In this document: positions 6,506-13,662 of the stretch, piece by piece | Numbering within the stretch: position 1 is the stretch's first letter | Layout of the letters: each line of letters opens with the position of its first letter | Source of the DNA: a virus | Strand: one strand, 5' to 3' | Virus record (IMG/VR): IMGVR_UViG_3300021164_001320 | Location: 1 to 34,718 of that record | Length of the DNA: 34,718 bases | Notes under the pieces: generated by a model | The model's input: only the letters and a program-made list of their open reading frames with translations | The model's database searches: none | Told to the model about the DNA's origin: nothing | Made by a program: the position numbers and the translations under genes

Positions 6506-7384
6506 TTAGTTAAAATCGTTTTCTAAAGCTTGTTTAGTCATGTATTGCGGAAGGAATAAATCTTCCATTTCGAGTGAGTAGCCGTCCCATTCATTAATAA
6601 GAAGAGACTCAGCCAGTAATTCTTTTGCTTTGTTGTATCGAGATTCACCGACACTTAAAAATAGGTCTGCGGCCTTGTACTGCTTGACGTTGTACGGAAT
6701 TGAACTCTCAGCAACTAACAAAATAAAAGGCGGTTTATCTTCTGTTTGGTAGTACTGCTGGAAGCCTTCACGGTACATAACTGCAGAAAGGTCATAACCA
6801 AAGTCAGAACACTTCTTAGAGAAAGCATGTGCACGTGCATCGGTCGTAGTCTTTAAATCCAAGATCAAACCATTTGGAAAGGCTTTACAGGGTGCAATGT
6901 GCCAGTCAGGACGAATGCGAAGTTCTAAGCCGTAGATTGGATCCGTAAAGAATATGCTTGCTTCAGGCATGCCGTAGTTGTTCTGCATGTCTGCATAAGA
7001 GCTGAGTTTCTGTAGGTTGGTCACAATACGTTTTGCACCTTCAACCTGTTCAGCATCAACTAAAATTTTGCCTTGATTGGCCTGTTCCCAAGCTAAAGCC
7101 TCTTCTTTACCAACCTTTGTACGGCGGTCAAACTTAGGCGCGATAATGAACTCGTGTTCAAACTGTTCAGGCTCTAAAAACAGGGTGTGCGCTAGTGTTC
7201 CAAAGCTCATAGCTGTTTTAGTTTCGCGTTCAACTTCTTTCGCAATGTTGTTTGAGTAGAAGTGAGCACTTGAACGCAGCATGTCTTTTAACTGGCTAGA
7301 GCTAAACTCAGGGCGTGAGTGGTATTCCTCATTGCTCATTTTTTCAATGAGTGATGCAGTCGGTAATTCTACAAATGCATTCAT
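6506..7384 (-). CDS. PD-(D/E)XK exonuclease (RecE/exodeoxyribonuclease VIII-like, DUF3799-type)
   Basis: Motifs IRPDWH and ILDLKTT (D...D-x-K) are present. The gene is paired with recT. Confidence 0.75.
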   Translation of the reverse strand: MNAFVELPTASLIEKMSNEEYHSRPEFSSSQLKDMLRSSAHFYSNNIAKEVERETKTAMSFGTLAHTLFLEPEQFEHEFIIAPKFDRRTKVGKEEALAWEQANQGKILVDAEQVEGAKRIVTNLQKLSSYADMQNNYGMPEASIFFTDPIYGLELRIRPDWHIAPCKAFPNGLILDLKTTTDARAHAFSKKCSDFGYDLSAVMYREGFQQYYQTEDKPPFILLVAESSIPYNVKQYKAADLFLSVGESRYNKAKELLAESLLINEWDGYSLEMEDLFLPQYMTKQALENDFN

Positions 7385-7635
7385 CGTTTAGCCTTCCATT
7401 TAAGAGCACAATCATGTGCAAGTAAGTTTCCAGATCCAGAGCACCAAACAATGCCTAATTCGCCATTTAGTCTGAATCTTAAAATTTCATCTTGAGCAAG
7501 TGCAGTCATCACATCAGCACCTTTGTCTATAAGCCAATTACTGAACTCTTCGATTTGACTTGGTAGAGCTGCAACACGCTTTTTGTATTGGTTAGTGCTG
7601 CCATAGCGAGCACGTAACTTTTGCCAGTCATTCAT
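7381..7635 (-). CDS. Hypothetical early protein (84 aa)
   Basis: ATGA overlap with the exonuclease start. Confidence 0.6.
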   Translation of the reverse strand: MNDWQKLRARYGSTNQYKKRVAALPSQIEEFSNWLIDKGADVMTALAQDEILRFRLNGELGIVWCSGSGNLLAHDCALKWKAKR

Positions 7636-7641
7636 GGTTTA

Positions 7642-7860
7642 TCAGCCTCCAAACACGTTCATAACTGCAAGGCTAATAACAAACCAAAGCACTAATGCAG
7701 TAAGAGCGAAGATGCCAAAGTCTTTAAGATTCGCCTTGATAATGGCTAAACGAGGGGTACGCATTTCTGCAGGAGTAGGGTGCTGATAAAGCACAGGCTT
7801 TGTATTGCTTTCGTTTTTAACGAATGTCGGTGTTTGACTATGTGGTGCTGTTTGTTTCAT
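7642..7860 (-). CDS. Hypothetical small membrane protein, first gene of the early-left operon
   Basis: C-terminal TM helix FGIFALTALVLWFVISLAVMNVF. It is the first ORF downstream of the OL-like operators. Confidence 0.6.
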   Translation of the reverse strand: MKQTAPHSQTPTFVKNESNTKPVLYQHPTPAEMRTPRLAIIKANLKDFGIFALTALVLWFVISLAVMNVFGG

Positions 7861-7880
7861 ACTTATCTCGCTCTTTGAGT

Positions 7881-7917
7881 AAGCCTGCCAGTTGTCGAGA
7901 CCGTTGCAGGCTTTTTT
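7881..7917. other. 8-bp-stem hairpin in the early-left leader
   Basis: AAGCCTGC...GCAGGCTT followed by T6 on the plus strand. On the minus-strand transcript it would sit in the 5' UTR of the early-left operon. Its function is unknown. Confidence 0.4.
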
Positions 7918-7935
7918 GTGGGTACGAGGTAAATA

Positions 7936-7974
7936 TTAGGTATTCCTAACTAATAAGTAAATAGGTAAACCTAA
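7936..7974. promoter_or_regulatory. OL-like operators, two copies of TTAGG-N4-CCTAA, overlapping the presumed early-left promoter
   Basis: TTAGGTATTCCTAA at 7936-7949 and ATAGGTAAACCTAA at 7961-7974. The same palindrome occurs three times in the cI-cro intergenic region. Confidence 0.55.
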
Positions 7975-7999
7975 TTTTTTTAATATTTTTTATTAGGCG

Positions 8000-8024
8000 A
8001 AAAAAAACCCGCGTATAGCGGGCT
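8000..8024 (-). terminator. Rho-independent terminator of the cI operon
   Basis: The minus strand reads GCCCGC-TATAC-GCGGG followed by T8, just after the stop at 8039. Confidence 0.8.
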
Positions 8025-8038
8025 TTAAACTATTATTT

Positions 8039-8275
8039 TCATTCACATGGTATTTGCAGCATCCCCGAACCACAATCCTCATCAAAATTAAATTCTTTTG
8101 GTTCTGACTTTATTTTCTCCAATGCACCCAAATCGAGCCTGTAAAGTTGATGATTAATCGAGCTAACATTAGATTGTAATTCACTATTTTTCTTGAATAG
8201 ATAAAAACTGAATACAATATTTATTAAAAACAAAACAGTAAAAACACTAAATAGAATTTTAACTTTTAGACTCAT
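8039..8275 (-). CDS. Small AT-rich membrane protein co-transcribed with cI (superinfection-exclusion/Abi candidate)
   Basis: ATGA overlap with the cI stop. N-terminal TM helix ILFSVFTVLFLINIVFSFYLF. The 48-aa tail carries two Cys. A terminator follows. Confidence 0.7.
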   Translation of the reverse strand: MSLKVKILFSVFTVLFLINIVFSFYLFKKNSELQSNVSSINHQLYRLDLGALEKIKSEPKEFNFDEDCGSGMLQIPCE

Positions 8276-8952
8276 TTATAATCCCTCATATGCCGAACCA
8301 TAACCCCGATGATCGTTATCTTATGTTCTCTTGAGGACAAAGTTGGGTAATCAGGATTTAAGGGAACTAATTCAAATTCCTCACGTCCGTATTCGTCATA
8401 CCCAATAACTCTATATTTTTTAAAAGTAGCCTCATAAGAGCCATTTTGCGCAATCACATATGAACCTGGTTGAGGTGATAGAGAGGCATCAACCACAATC
8501 GAGTCACCCGGTAAAAAATCAGGTGCCATGCTCATTCCTTCAATCGTAAGACTAAAGACCTCAGAAGGTTTTGCACCTCGGTATGTGGTATAGGTTTCAC
8601 CCTTTGGATTAATCCCATCATAACCAACAGAACTAAAAATACCCGCCTGAACAAAATCAAGCACTGGAATTTTAATAAACGGCGAATCATTAAAAGTGAC
8701 ATTATTGAAATCTGATTTAGTTTCTTCATCAGTTGGTTTACCCAAACCAGTTGCTAACCATTTTGAGTTCACTTTTAAGTATTGTGCAGCACGAATTAAA
8801 TTCGGGCCGTCCATATTTTTTGATTTACCGCTTAGCCAGTCACTAACAGAAGGTGGTTTGACTCCAACGGCACGTGCGAGATCGACCCCCTTAATCTTCT
8901 TAGGTGGTAAGACTTCCATTGCGTATTTAAGACGTTCAGCGAGTGTTTTCAT
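8272..8952 (-). CDS. cI: CI-type repressor (XRE HTH plus S24 LexA-like autopeptidase)
   Basis: HTH region GVDLARAVGVKPPSVSDWLSG. Ala-Gly cleavage site in VQAGIF. Catalytic Ser in EGMSMAP and Lys in ATFKKY. The gene is divergent from cro. Confidence 0.9.
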   Translation of the reverse strand: MKTLAERLKYAMEVLPPKKIKGVDLARAVGVKPPSVSDWLSGKSKNMDGPNLIRAAQYLKVNSKWLATGLGKPTDEETKSDFNNVTFNDSPFIKIPVLDFVQAGIFSSVGYDGINPKGETYTTYRGAKPSEVFSLTIEGMSMAPDFLPGDSIVVDASLSPQPGSYVIAQNGSYEATFKKYRVIGYDEYGREEFELVPLNPDYPTLSSREHKITIIGVMVRHMRDYK

Positions 8953-9014
8953 TAGGAAATCCTAACATGAATAAAATTAGGTATTCCTATTGAATAAAAA
9001 TAAGGAATGCCTAA
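8952..9014. promoter_or_regulatory. OR-like operators, three copies of TTAGG-N4-CCTAA at ~25-bp spacing
   Basis: TTAGGAAATCCTAA at 8952-8965, TTAGGTATTCCTAT at 8977-8990 and TAAGGAATGCCTAA at 9001-9014. Confidence 0.6.
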
Positions 9015-9018
9015 TAAT
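8990..9018 (+). promoter_or_regulatory. Putative PR promoter for cro
   Basis: TTGAAT (8990-8995), 17-nt spacer, AATAAT (9013-9018). It is overlapped by two operators. Confidence 0.4.
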
Positions 9019-9042
9019 GTTTGTGATTATTAGGAGAACAAC

Positions 9043-9267
9043 ATGACTGATAACCAATTAGTCAAAGCTTTAGGTGGACCAGCTGCAGTTGCTCGGTTAC
9101 TTGGAATTAGGCCGCCATCAGTTAGCGGATGGGTAAATATTCCTTTAGATAAAAAAATTCTTCTTGCTGTTATTGCTGAAGATCGAGGGCTAGCTACCCG
9201 TAAAGAGCTTTTTCCTGAGACATATCAGGATATTTGGATTGAACTTCGTCCAAATGCTGTGGCGTAA
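9043..9267 (+). CDS. cro: Cro-like (YdaS/Cro family) HTH regulator
   Basis: SD AGGAG lies upstream. HTH region AAVARLLGIRPPSVSGW. The gene is divergent from cI. Confidence 0.8.
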   Translation: MTDNQLVKALGGPAAVARLLGIRPPSVSGWVNIPLDKKILLAVIAEDRGLATRKELFPETYQDIWIELRPNAVA

Positions 9268-9277
9268 CGGTGAGCAC

Positions 9278-9595
9278 ATGTCTGAAAAACTCACCGAGAG
9301 CATTACTTTTAAATGCACATATGAAGAAAAGAAAGAGTTTGAAGCTATTGCACGAGCTGAAAAAACTGATGTTTCGAAATTAAGTCGTATCTGCATGAAT
9401 GAAAAAATCTCTACCGTTCGGGAATACCTAGATTCTCTCCGTTCATTCATGTGTCTTACCACAGATACCGTAGACACGTCTTTTGAGCTTCAAGCTCCAC
9501 CACGCTTTATAGATGTCACACCAAAACCACAGGCACAAAAAAAAGCCCAGCTGCGCGAACAACTGGACTTTCTTGCCGTTCACTCCGAAAAGTAA
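9278..9595 (+). CDS. Ribbon-helix-helix-like DNA-binding protein (CII-position regulator?)
   Basis: Beta-strand then helix pattern ITFKCTYEEKKEFEAIARAEKTDVSKLSRI. The start was moved to ATG 9278, since the ORF-track start 9239 overlaps cro. Confidence 0.55.
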   Translation: MSEKLTESITFKCTYEEKKEFEAIARAEKTDVSKLSRICMNEKISTVREYLDSLRSFMCLTTDTVDTSFELQAPPRFIDVTPKPQAQKKAQLREQLDFLAVHSEK

Positions 9596-9614
9596 ACGAC
9601 TAGGTTGGAACCCG

Positions 9615-9899
9615 ATGACGAATTTAACACGAATTAAAAGCCAATTAAAAGATCAAAAGCCGAAGTTTATTGAAACAGAGCTAGGCACAGAAAAGCTCTG
9701 TATTGAGTGTCAGGAATACTGGCCTTTGGATGTTGAGTTTTGGTTTACGTATAAAGGAAAACTTAAGAAGGATGGCTCTAAAAGTACTTGCTACGAAGCT
9801 GCTTGTAAAAGTTGTTATTACATTCGGTACAAGCCACATCTTCAGCAACGTGCAAAAAAAGACATCCGTTCTTATCACGAAAGAGGGTGCGGGTCATGA
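9615..9899 (+). CDS. Hypothetical zinc-ribbon-like protein
   Basis: CIEC...CYEAACKSC cysteine pairs. The start was moved to ATG 9615. The stop overlaps the next ATG (ATGA). Confidence 0.55.
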   Translation: MTNLTRIKSQLKDQKPKFIETELGTEKLCIECQEYWPLDVEFWFTYKGKLKKDGSKSTCYEAACKSCYYIRYKPHLQQRAKKDIRSYHERGCGS

Positions 9900-10981
9900 C
9901 AGCTGTAAAAGTTATCAATTTTCCAAAGCAGCAAGCGCCGCAGCCAAAACAAGAGGCTGGAAAAAGCATGTATAGCGATAAGTTTGTACAAGGCTATGTA
10001 ATGTCTAGCCGATTGTATAGAAAGGAGGTCTGGCCGTTTCTAAGTGATGCGGCTAGAAACGTCTATGCGGAACTCGAAAACCGCATTAATGGACACAACA
10101 AAGAATCAGACTTTGTGAGCTGGACACAGCTGCAAGGTGGTGACATTAAAAACTCAAGAAAAATGAGTTTATCAACTGTAAAGGTTGGTCTTGCAATGCT
10201 TTTGGCAAATAAGGTTGTCTCAATTATTGCAACTGGGAAGCAGGGGATTAAGAAATATCGATTAAATGAAATCTCTCTTGTAGATAAAAAAGTTATCAAG
10301 CCGACTGAGAAAGAATCTTCTAACTACTTCGGAAACAGTAGTACTTCGGAAACAGTAGTACTTCGGAAACCGAAGCAGACTACTACAGAAACAGAAGTGC
10401 CAACTACTTCGGAAACCGAAGACACAATAGATATTCCTTTAGATTCTTTAGATATTAAAAAAAGAACTTCCTCTGTGGATAACTCAGAAACAGAAATCTT
10501 TAGCGATTCTGTCGAATACCACGAGGACAATAAAAATCTGTACAGCTTGAGAGAGCTTGCAGGTGTCTACACGATCCAAACTGATCTCGCTGACCAAGCA
10601 AAACGGATCAATCCAAAACTTGATGATTCAAAAATTCTGAGTGAGTTAAAAAACTTTGCGCAGTGGTCTACCAGTCGAGAAAAAACCACGGCGCAAGGTT
10701 GGATGAATTACTGGATTTACCGTATTCAAAAACTTTCAGCGCCTAAGGCTAAATCTTCAAAACCGAAAAGCAAAGGCTTGTCAGATGCACAAGTGAATTA
10801 CTTCGTTTCAGAGCTGTGCAATTACCAAAGCTTCAAATCAAAGCACTCAAACGTCGGTGAATCTCAAAAAGCATTTGAAACCCGGATTAGCTCAAATATC
10901 CGTAAACCTGAATACGCGGATACCTATGGTCCATATCTGCATGAGCTTGGCTTTGTGGTTGATCTAGGGGCAAGCCTATGA
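9896..10981 (+). CDS. Replication initiator, lambda O-like, containing the origin iterons
   Basis: The N-terminal winged-helix-like region resembles phage replication protein O. An internal iteron array plus an AT-rich tract are present. The start was moved to ATG 9896. Confidence 0.65.
   Translation: MTAVKVINFPKQQAPQPKQEAGKSMYSDKFVQGYVMSSRLYRKEVWPFLSDAARNVYAELENRINGHNKESDFVSWTQLQGGDIKNSRKMSLSTVKVGLAMLLANKVVSIIATGKQGIKKYRLNEISLVDKKVIKPTEKESSNYFGNSSTSETVVLRKPKQTTTETEVPTTSETEDTIDIPLDSLDIKKRTSSVDNSETEIFSDSVEYHEDNKNLYSLRELAGVYTIQTDLADQAKRINPKLDDSKILSELKNFAQWSTSREKTTAQGWMNYWIYRIQKLSAPKAKSSKPKSKGLSDAQVNYFVSELCNYQSFKSKHSNVGESQKAFETRISSNIRKPEYADTYGPYLHELGFVVDLGASL
10325..10421. repeat. Iteron array (putative ori): TACTTCGGAAAC x4 plus one degenerate copy
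   Basis: Copies lie at 10325, 10342 and 10359 (17-bp period) and at 10405. A degenerate copy is at 10381. Two copies extend to the palindrome CTTCGGAAACCGAAG. An AT-rich tract at 10427-10465 follows. Confidence 0.7.
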
Positions 10982-11148
10982 ATACGCAAAGCAAACCTGA
11001 AGGGGCAACTCACTACGAAACAGACGGAACAGTTTGGAAAAACGATAAAGGACTTTGGATGTTTTGGCGTGAGGGCTGGGGATGGTGTCAGTACGTTGGT
11101 AAGGCCAATTACTCATTCCTGAACAAATTAACTGAAATCGGGGCTTAA
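10978..11148 (+). CDS. Hypothetical 56-aa Trp-rich protein
   Basis: ATGA overlap with the replication gene stop. The ORF fills the gap before rusA. It falls below the ORF-track cut-off. Confidence 0.5.
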   Translation: MNTQSKPEGATHYETDGTVWKNDKGLWMFWREGWGWCQYVGKANYSFLNKLTEIGA

Positions 11149-11150
11149 TC

Positions 11151-11663
11151 ATGAGAATGAGTGAAAGAGAGCTAGAACTTCATTTAAAACGCCACGAAAA
11201 GCGAAAAAATAACGCATTGCAGCAATCTAAACAGAAAAATGATGCAAAGGTACATGAAGCAAATCAAAAAGCCTTAGAAGCGATTACAGAGCCAAATACG
11301 AAAGGAGAGGGAAAAGTAATTTTAAGTTGTGAAATTCCATCAACTCCACCATCGGTAAACAACTATTGGGTGGGTACTGGACGGACATGCAAAGTTAGTG
11401 ACCGTGGTCTTGATTTTCATGATCTCGTTGCTATGACTATCCCGCAATTAAACACCACGTCACGTCTAAAACTAGATGTGACTTTTCACTTTCCCAATAA
11501 ACAACGCCGTGACATAGACAACTTTTTAAAAGCAACGATCGACAGTCTTGTGAAATGCGGTCTCTGCGTAGACGACGAGCAATTCGATGAATTAAGCGTA
11601 AAACGTGGGGAAATCATCAAAGGCGGTCTTATAAAAATTACAGTTCTGGAGCTTCAAAAATGA
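11151..11663 (+). CDS. rusA: RusA-family Holliday junction resolvase
   Basis: Motifs PPSVNNYW and RRDIDNFLKATIDSLVKCGLCVDDEQ. Confidence 0.8.
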   Translation: MRMSERELELHLKRHEKRKNNALQQSKQKNDAKVHEANQKALEAITEPNTKGEGKVILSCEIPSTPPSVNNYWVGTGRTCKVSDRGLDFHDLVAMTIPQLNTTSRLKLDVTFHFPNKQRRDIDNFLKATIDSLVKCGLCVDDEQFDELSVKRGEIIKGGLIKITVLELQK

Positions 11664-12079
11664 GTGATTTAGTTGTTGATTCTATAGTGTTTGCACAGTC
11701 TCCTCGCGCGCGCACGCGTTTTATCAATCAGCGCACGAAAAAGAAGGTCAAAAAGTTTCTAGTGGAGCGCCGTGGATATAAGCGTCCAGACTTCAACCGA
11801 ATGATCTTAGACCTAGGCCGTTTGAAATGGACACATGAGAAGATTGCCGATGTTCTACCCGTATCTAGTGCTTCTACAGTCTCAGAGTGGGCTAGAGGCG
11901 GCATTCCGAACTATGACAATGGAGATGCTCTTATTGAGCTTTGGCGGTCTGAGACAGGCATTCAACGCTTTCCACGTGATGGGGAATGGGCAACGTACAA
12001 GTACAAGATCGGGCAGTTAGATATGTTTGATGATTGGGACGAGTTGGACGGTGTTATTGAGCAGTTGGGAGAAACATAG
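11660..12079 (+). CDS. Hypothetical HTH protein, candidate late-gene regulator
   Basis: HTH-like WTHEKIADVLPVSSASTVSEWARG. It is the last gene of the early-right operon, before the late region. Confidence 0.5.
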   Translation: MSDLVVDSIVFAQSPRARTRFINQRTKKKVKKFLVERRGYKRPDFNRMILDLGRLKWTHEKIADVLPVSSASTVSEWARGGIPNYDNGDALIELWRSETGIQRFPRDGEWATYKYKIGQLDMFDDWDELDGVIEQLGET

Positions 12080-12221
12080 CTGCTGTTAAATAATTTTATT
12101 TAGTAGTATCTTATTAACTTTGAAAGTTTAAATTAAACTATAAGGACTTATAAAACCTTAAACTTTACTAATTAAGAAGCCTTAAACTTAATTAGAAACA
12201 ACTTTCGCGAAGGAAACACAA

Positions 12222-12635
12222 ATGAGTGACGTTTTACAAACAACTACTAATGATGGAAATGTTGTTGAAAAGCCAGTCGAAATTGTTGTTAAAAAATATT
12301 CAAATGGATATGAAATTATAGATACAGGAGTTATTCATAGCTTTAATTCAAGTGAAATTAAATTAATAATCAATGGTTTAGAGTTTGTGGTGCAATTTCC
12401 GGAAAATAAAGAAGATAAAAAATCAACTTATGCATTATCTGCAGATCCTTTCAATCCAAAAAGCTTATTGTTGAAACTTACTAATTTTGAATCATCGTTT
12501 TCAGAAGGCTCCCCTGGACCGCTCCACATTGCAAACGTTAATAACAAAAAGATTTATTTAAGTTTTTTTGTGACCACGATTGATAAGAATGTTGGTGCTC
12601 GATCATTTGCATATACAATTCTTACGGGAGAGTAA
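12222..12635 (+). CDS. Hypothetical 137-aa soluble protein (accessory cassette gene 1)
   Basis: SD AAGGA lies upstream. The coding sequence is visibly AT-rich. No recognisable family. Confidence 0.7.
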   Translation: MSDVLQTTTNDGNVVEKPVEIVVKKYSNGYEIIDTGVIHSFNSSEIKLIINGLEFVVQFPENKEDKKSTYALSADPFNPKSLLLKLTNFESSFSEGSPGPLHIANVNNKKIYLSFFVTTIDKNVGARSFAYTILTGE

Positions 12636-12637
12636 GA

Positions 12638-13003
12638 ATGACAAATAGTTCAAATAATGATGCTTTTGTAATTCCAATTGATACTAATAATGCAAGCTCT
12701 ACTGCTTCAGATAATACAGCTGATACTCGTCCAGCTACAAATCTATTAGGTAAAATCTCTCATACGATTGGAACTGGTGAAAATGCTAAAAATTCAATTG
12801 TATGGATGACAATTACGTGGAGTTTTTGCATAGCCGCAGGTATTACATTCCTTTTATTTATAAGCTTATGGCTTGCTTACTATAATAAAAATATTCCTGA
12901 AATTGCTGAGCTTAAAAAGCATATGATAAACATGTGGTCAATTTTTACACCTGTTATTACCTTGGCTTTAGGTTATGCATTTGGTAAAAACGAAACCAAG
13001 TAA
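12638..13003 (+). CDS. Hypothetical 121-aa membrane protein with two TM helices (accessory cassette gene 2)
   Basis: 2-nt gap after gene 1. Polar Ser/Thr/Asn-rich N-terminus, then IVWMTITWSFCIAAGITFLLFISLWLAYY and MWSIFTPVITLALGYAFG. Confidence 0.7.
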   Translation: MTNSSNNDAFVIPIDTNNASSTASDNTADTRPATNLLGKISHTIGTGENAKNSIVWMTITWSFCIAAGITFLLFISLWLAYYNKNIPEIAELKKHMINMWSIFTPVITLALGYAFGKNETK

Positions 13004-13039
13004 TCACCCAACAAACCGATACACGAAACCCCGCACATT

Positions 13040-13069
13040 AGCCCTATCAACCAATGATGGGGCTTTTTT
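13040..13069 (+). terminator. Terminator-like hairpin abutting the ATG at 13070 (CA-box at 13005-13017 upstream)
   Basis: AGCCCTA...TGGGGCT stem followed by T6, then ATG. Confidence 0.6.
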
Positions 13070-13480
13070 ATGGCTACTACACCACGCAAGACACAAACAC
13101 CGGGTGCAAAAAAAGAAACAACGACCACGGCGCAAACCTCAACAGATGACGTAATGGATGCTGTTTTGGGGAAAGCTGATGAATCTAAGACGACAGAGCC
13201 AACAGGTGATGATGCAGAGTTAGGCGAAACCCAAGAGGGTCTAGACCAACAAGTAGAAGCGCCTGAAGGTTTTATTTCTGTAGAGCAATTCGATGCAGTT
13301 GCCGCACAGTTGGCAATCAAAGAAGAAGAACTAAAAGGCGTAACGGCTGAGCTTGTTGCTGCACGTAAGCAAGTTGTAAAGCTTACAGGTGGTCAAACAC
13401 AGCAACCAACAACCCAAGCAGTAGCACCAGTGCGTAAAAAGCCTGTACTTACCGCTAAAGGTTGGTCAGTGGAGGGTTAA
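13070..13480 (+). CDS. Hypothetical acidic, low-complexity late protein
   Basis: First ORF of the late plus-strand block. Confidence 0.6.
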   Translation: MATTPRKTQTPGAKKETTTTAQTSTDDVMDAVLGKADESKTTEPTGDDAELGETQEGLDQQVEAPEGFISVEQFDAVAAQLAIKEEELKGVTAELVAARKQVVKLTGGQTQQPTTQAVAPVRKKPVLTAKGWSVEG

Positions 13481-13482
13481 AC

Positions 13483-13662
13483 ATGTGCGGGAAACCAAAA
13501 ATAGTACAACAAGACCCTGAAGGTGATGCACTTAAAGCTGCTGAAAAAGCAACTGCTGAAGCAAACGCTAAACGTGCTGGTCGTCGTACTGCAAATACAG
13601 ACAGCCGAAGTGTTCTTGGTTCCAAAACTGAAAGCAAAACAACTCTAGGCGGTGGTGGCTAA
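13483..13662 (+). CDS. Hypothetical small late protein (MCGKPK...)
   Basis: SD GGAGGG 6 nt upstream of ATG 13483. The stop overlaps the portal ATG (TAATG). Confidence 0.55.
   Translation: MCGKPKIVQQDPEGDALKAAEKATAEANAKRAGRRTANTDSRSVLGSKTESKTTLGGGG

Noticed and set aside
7881-7917. Plus-strand intrinsic terminator between two minus-strand operons
   Set aside because: The hairpin and T-run are real, but no plus-strand gene ends here. It is more plausibly a structure in the minus-strand early-left leader. It is kept only as a low-confidence feature.
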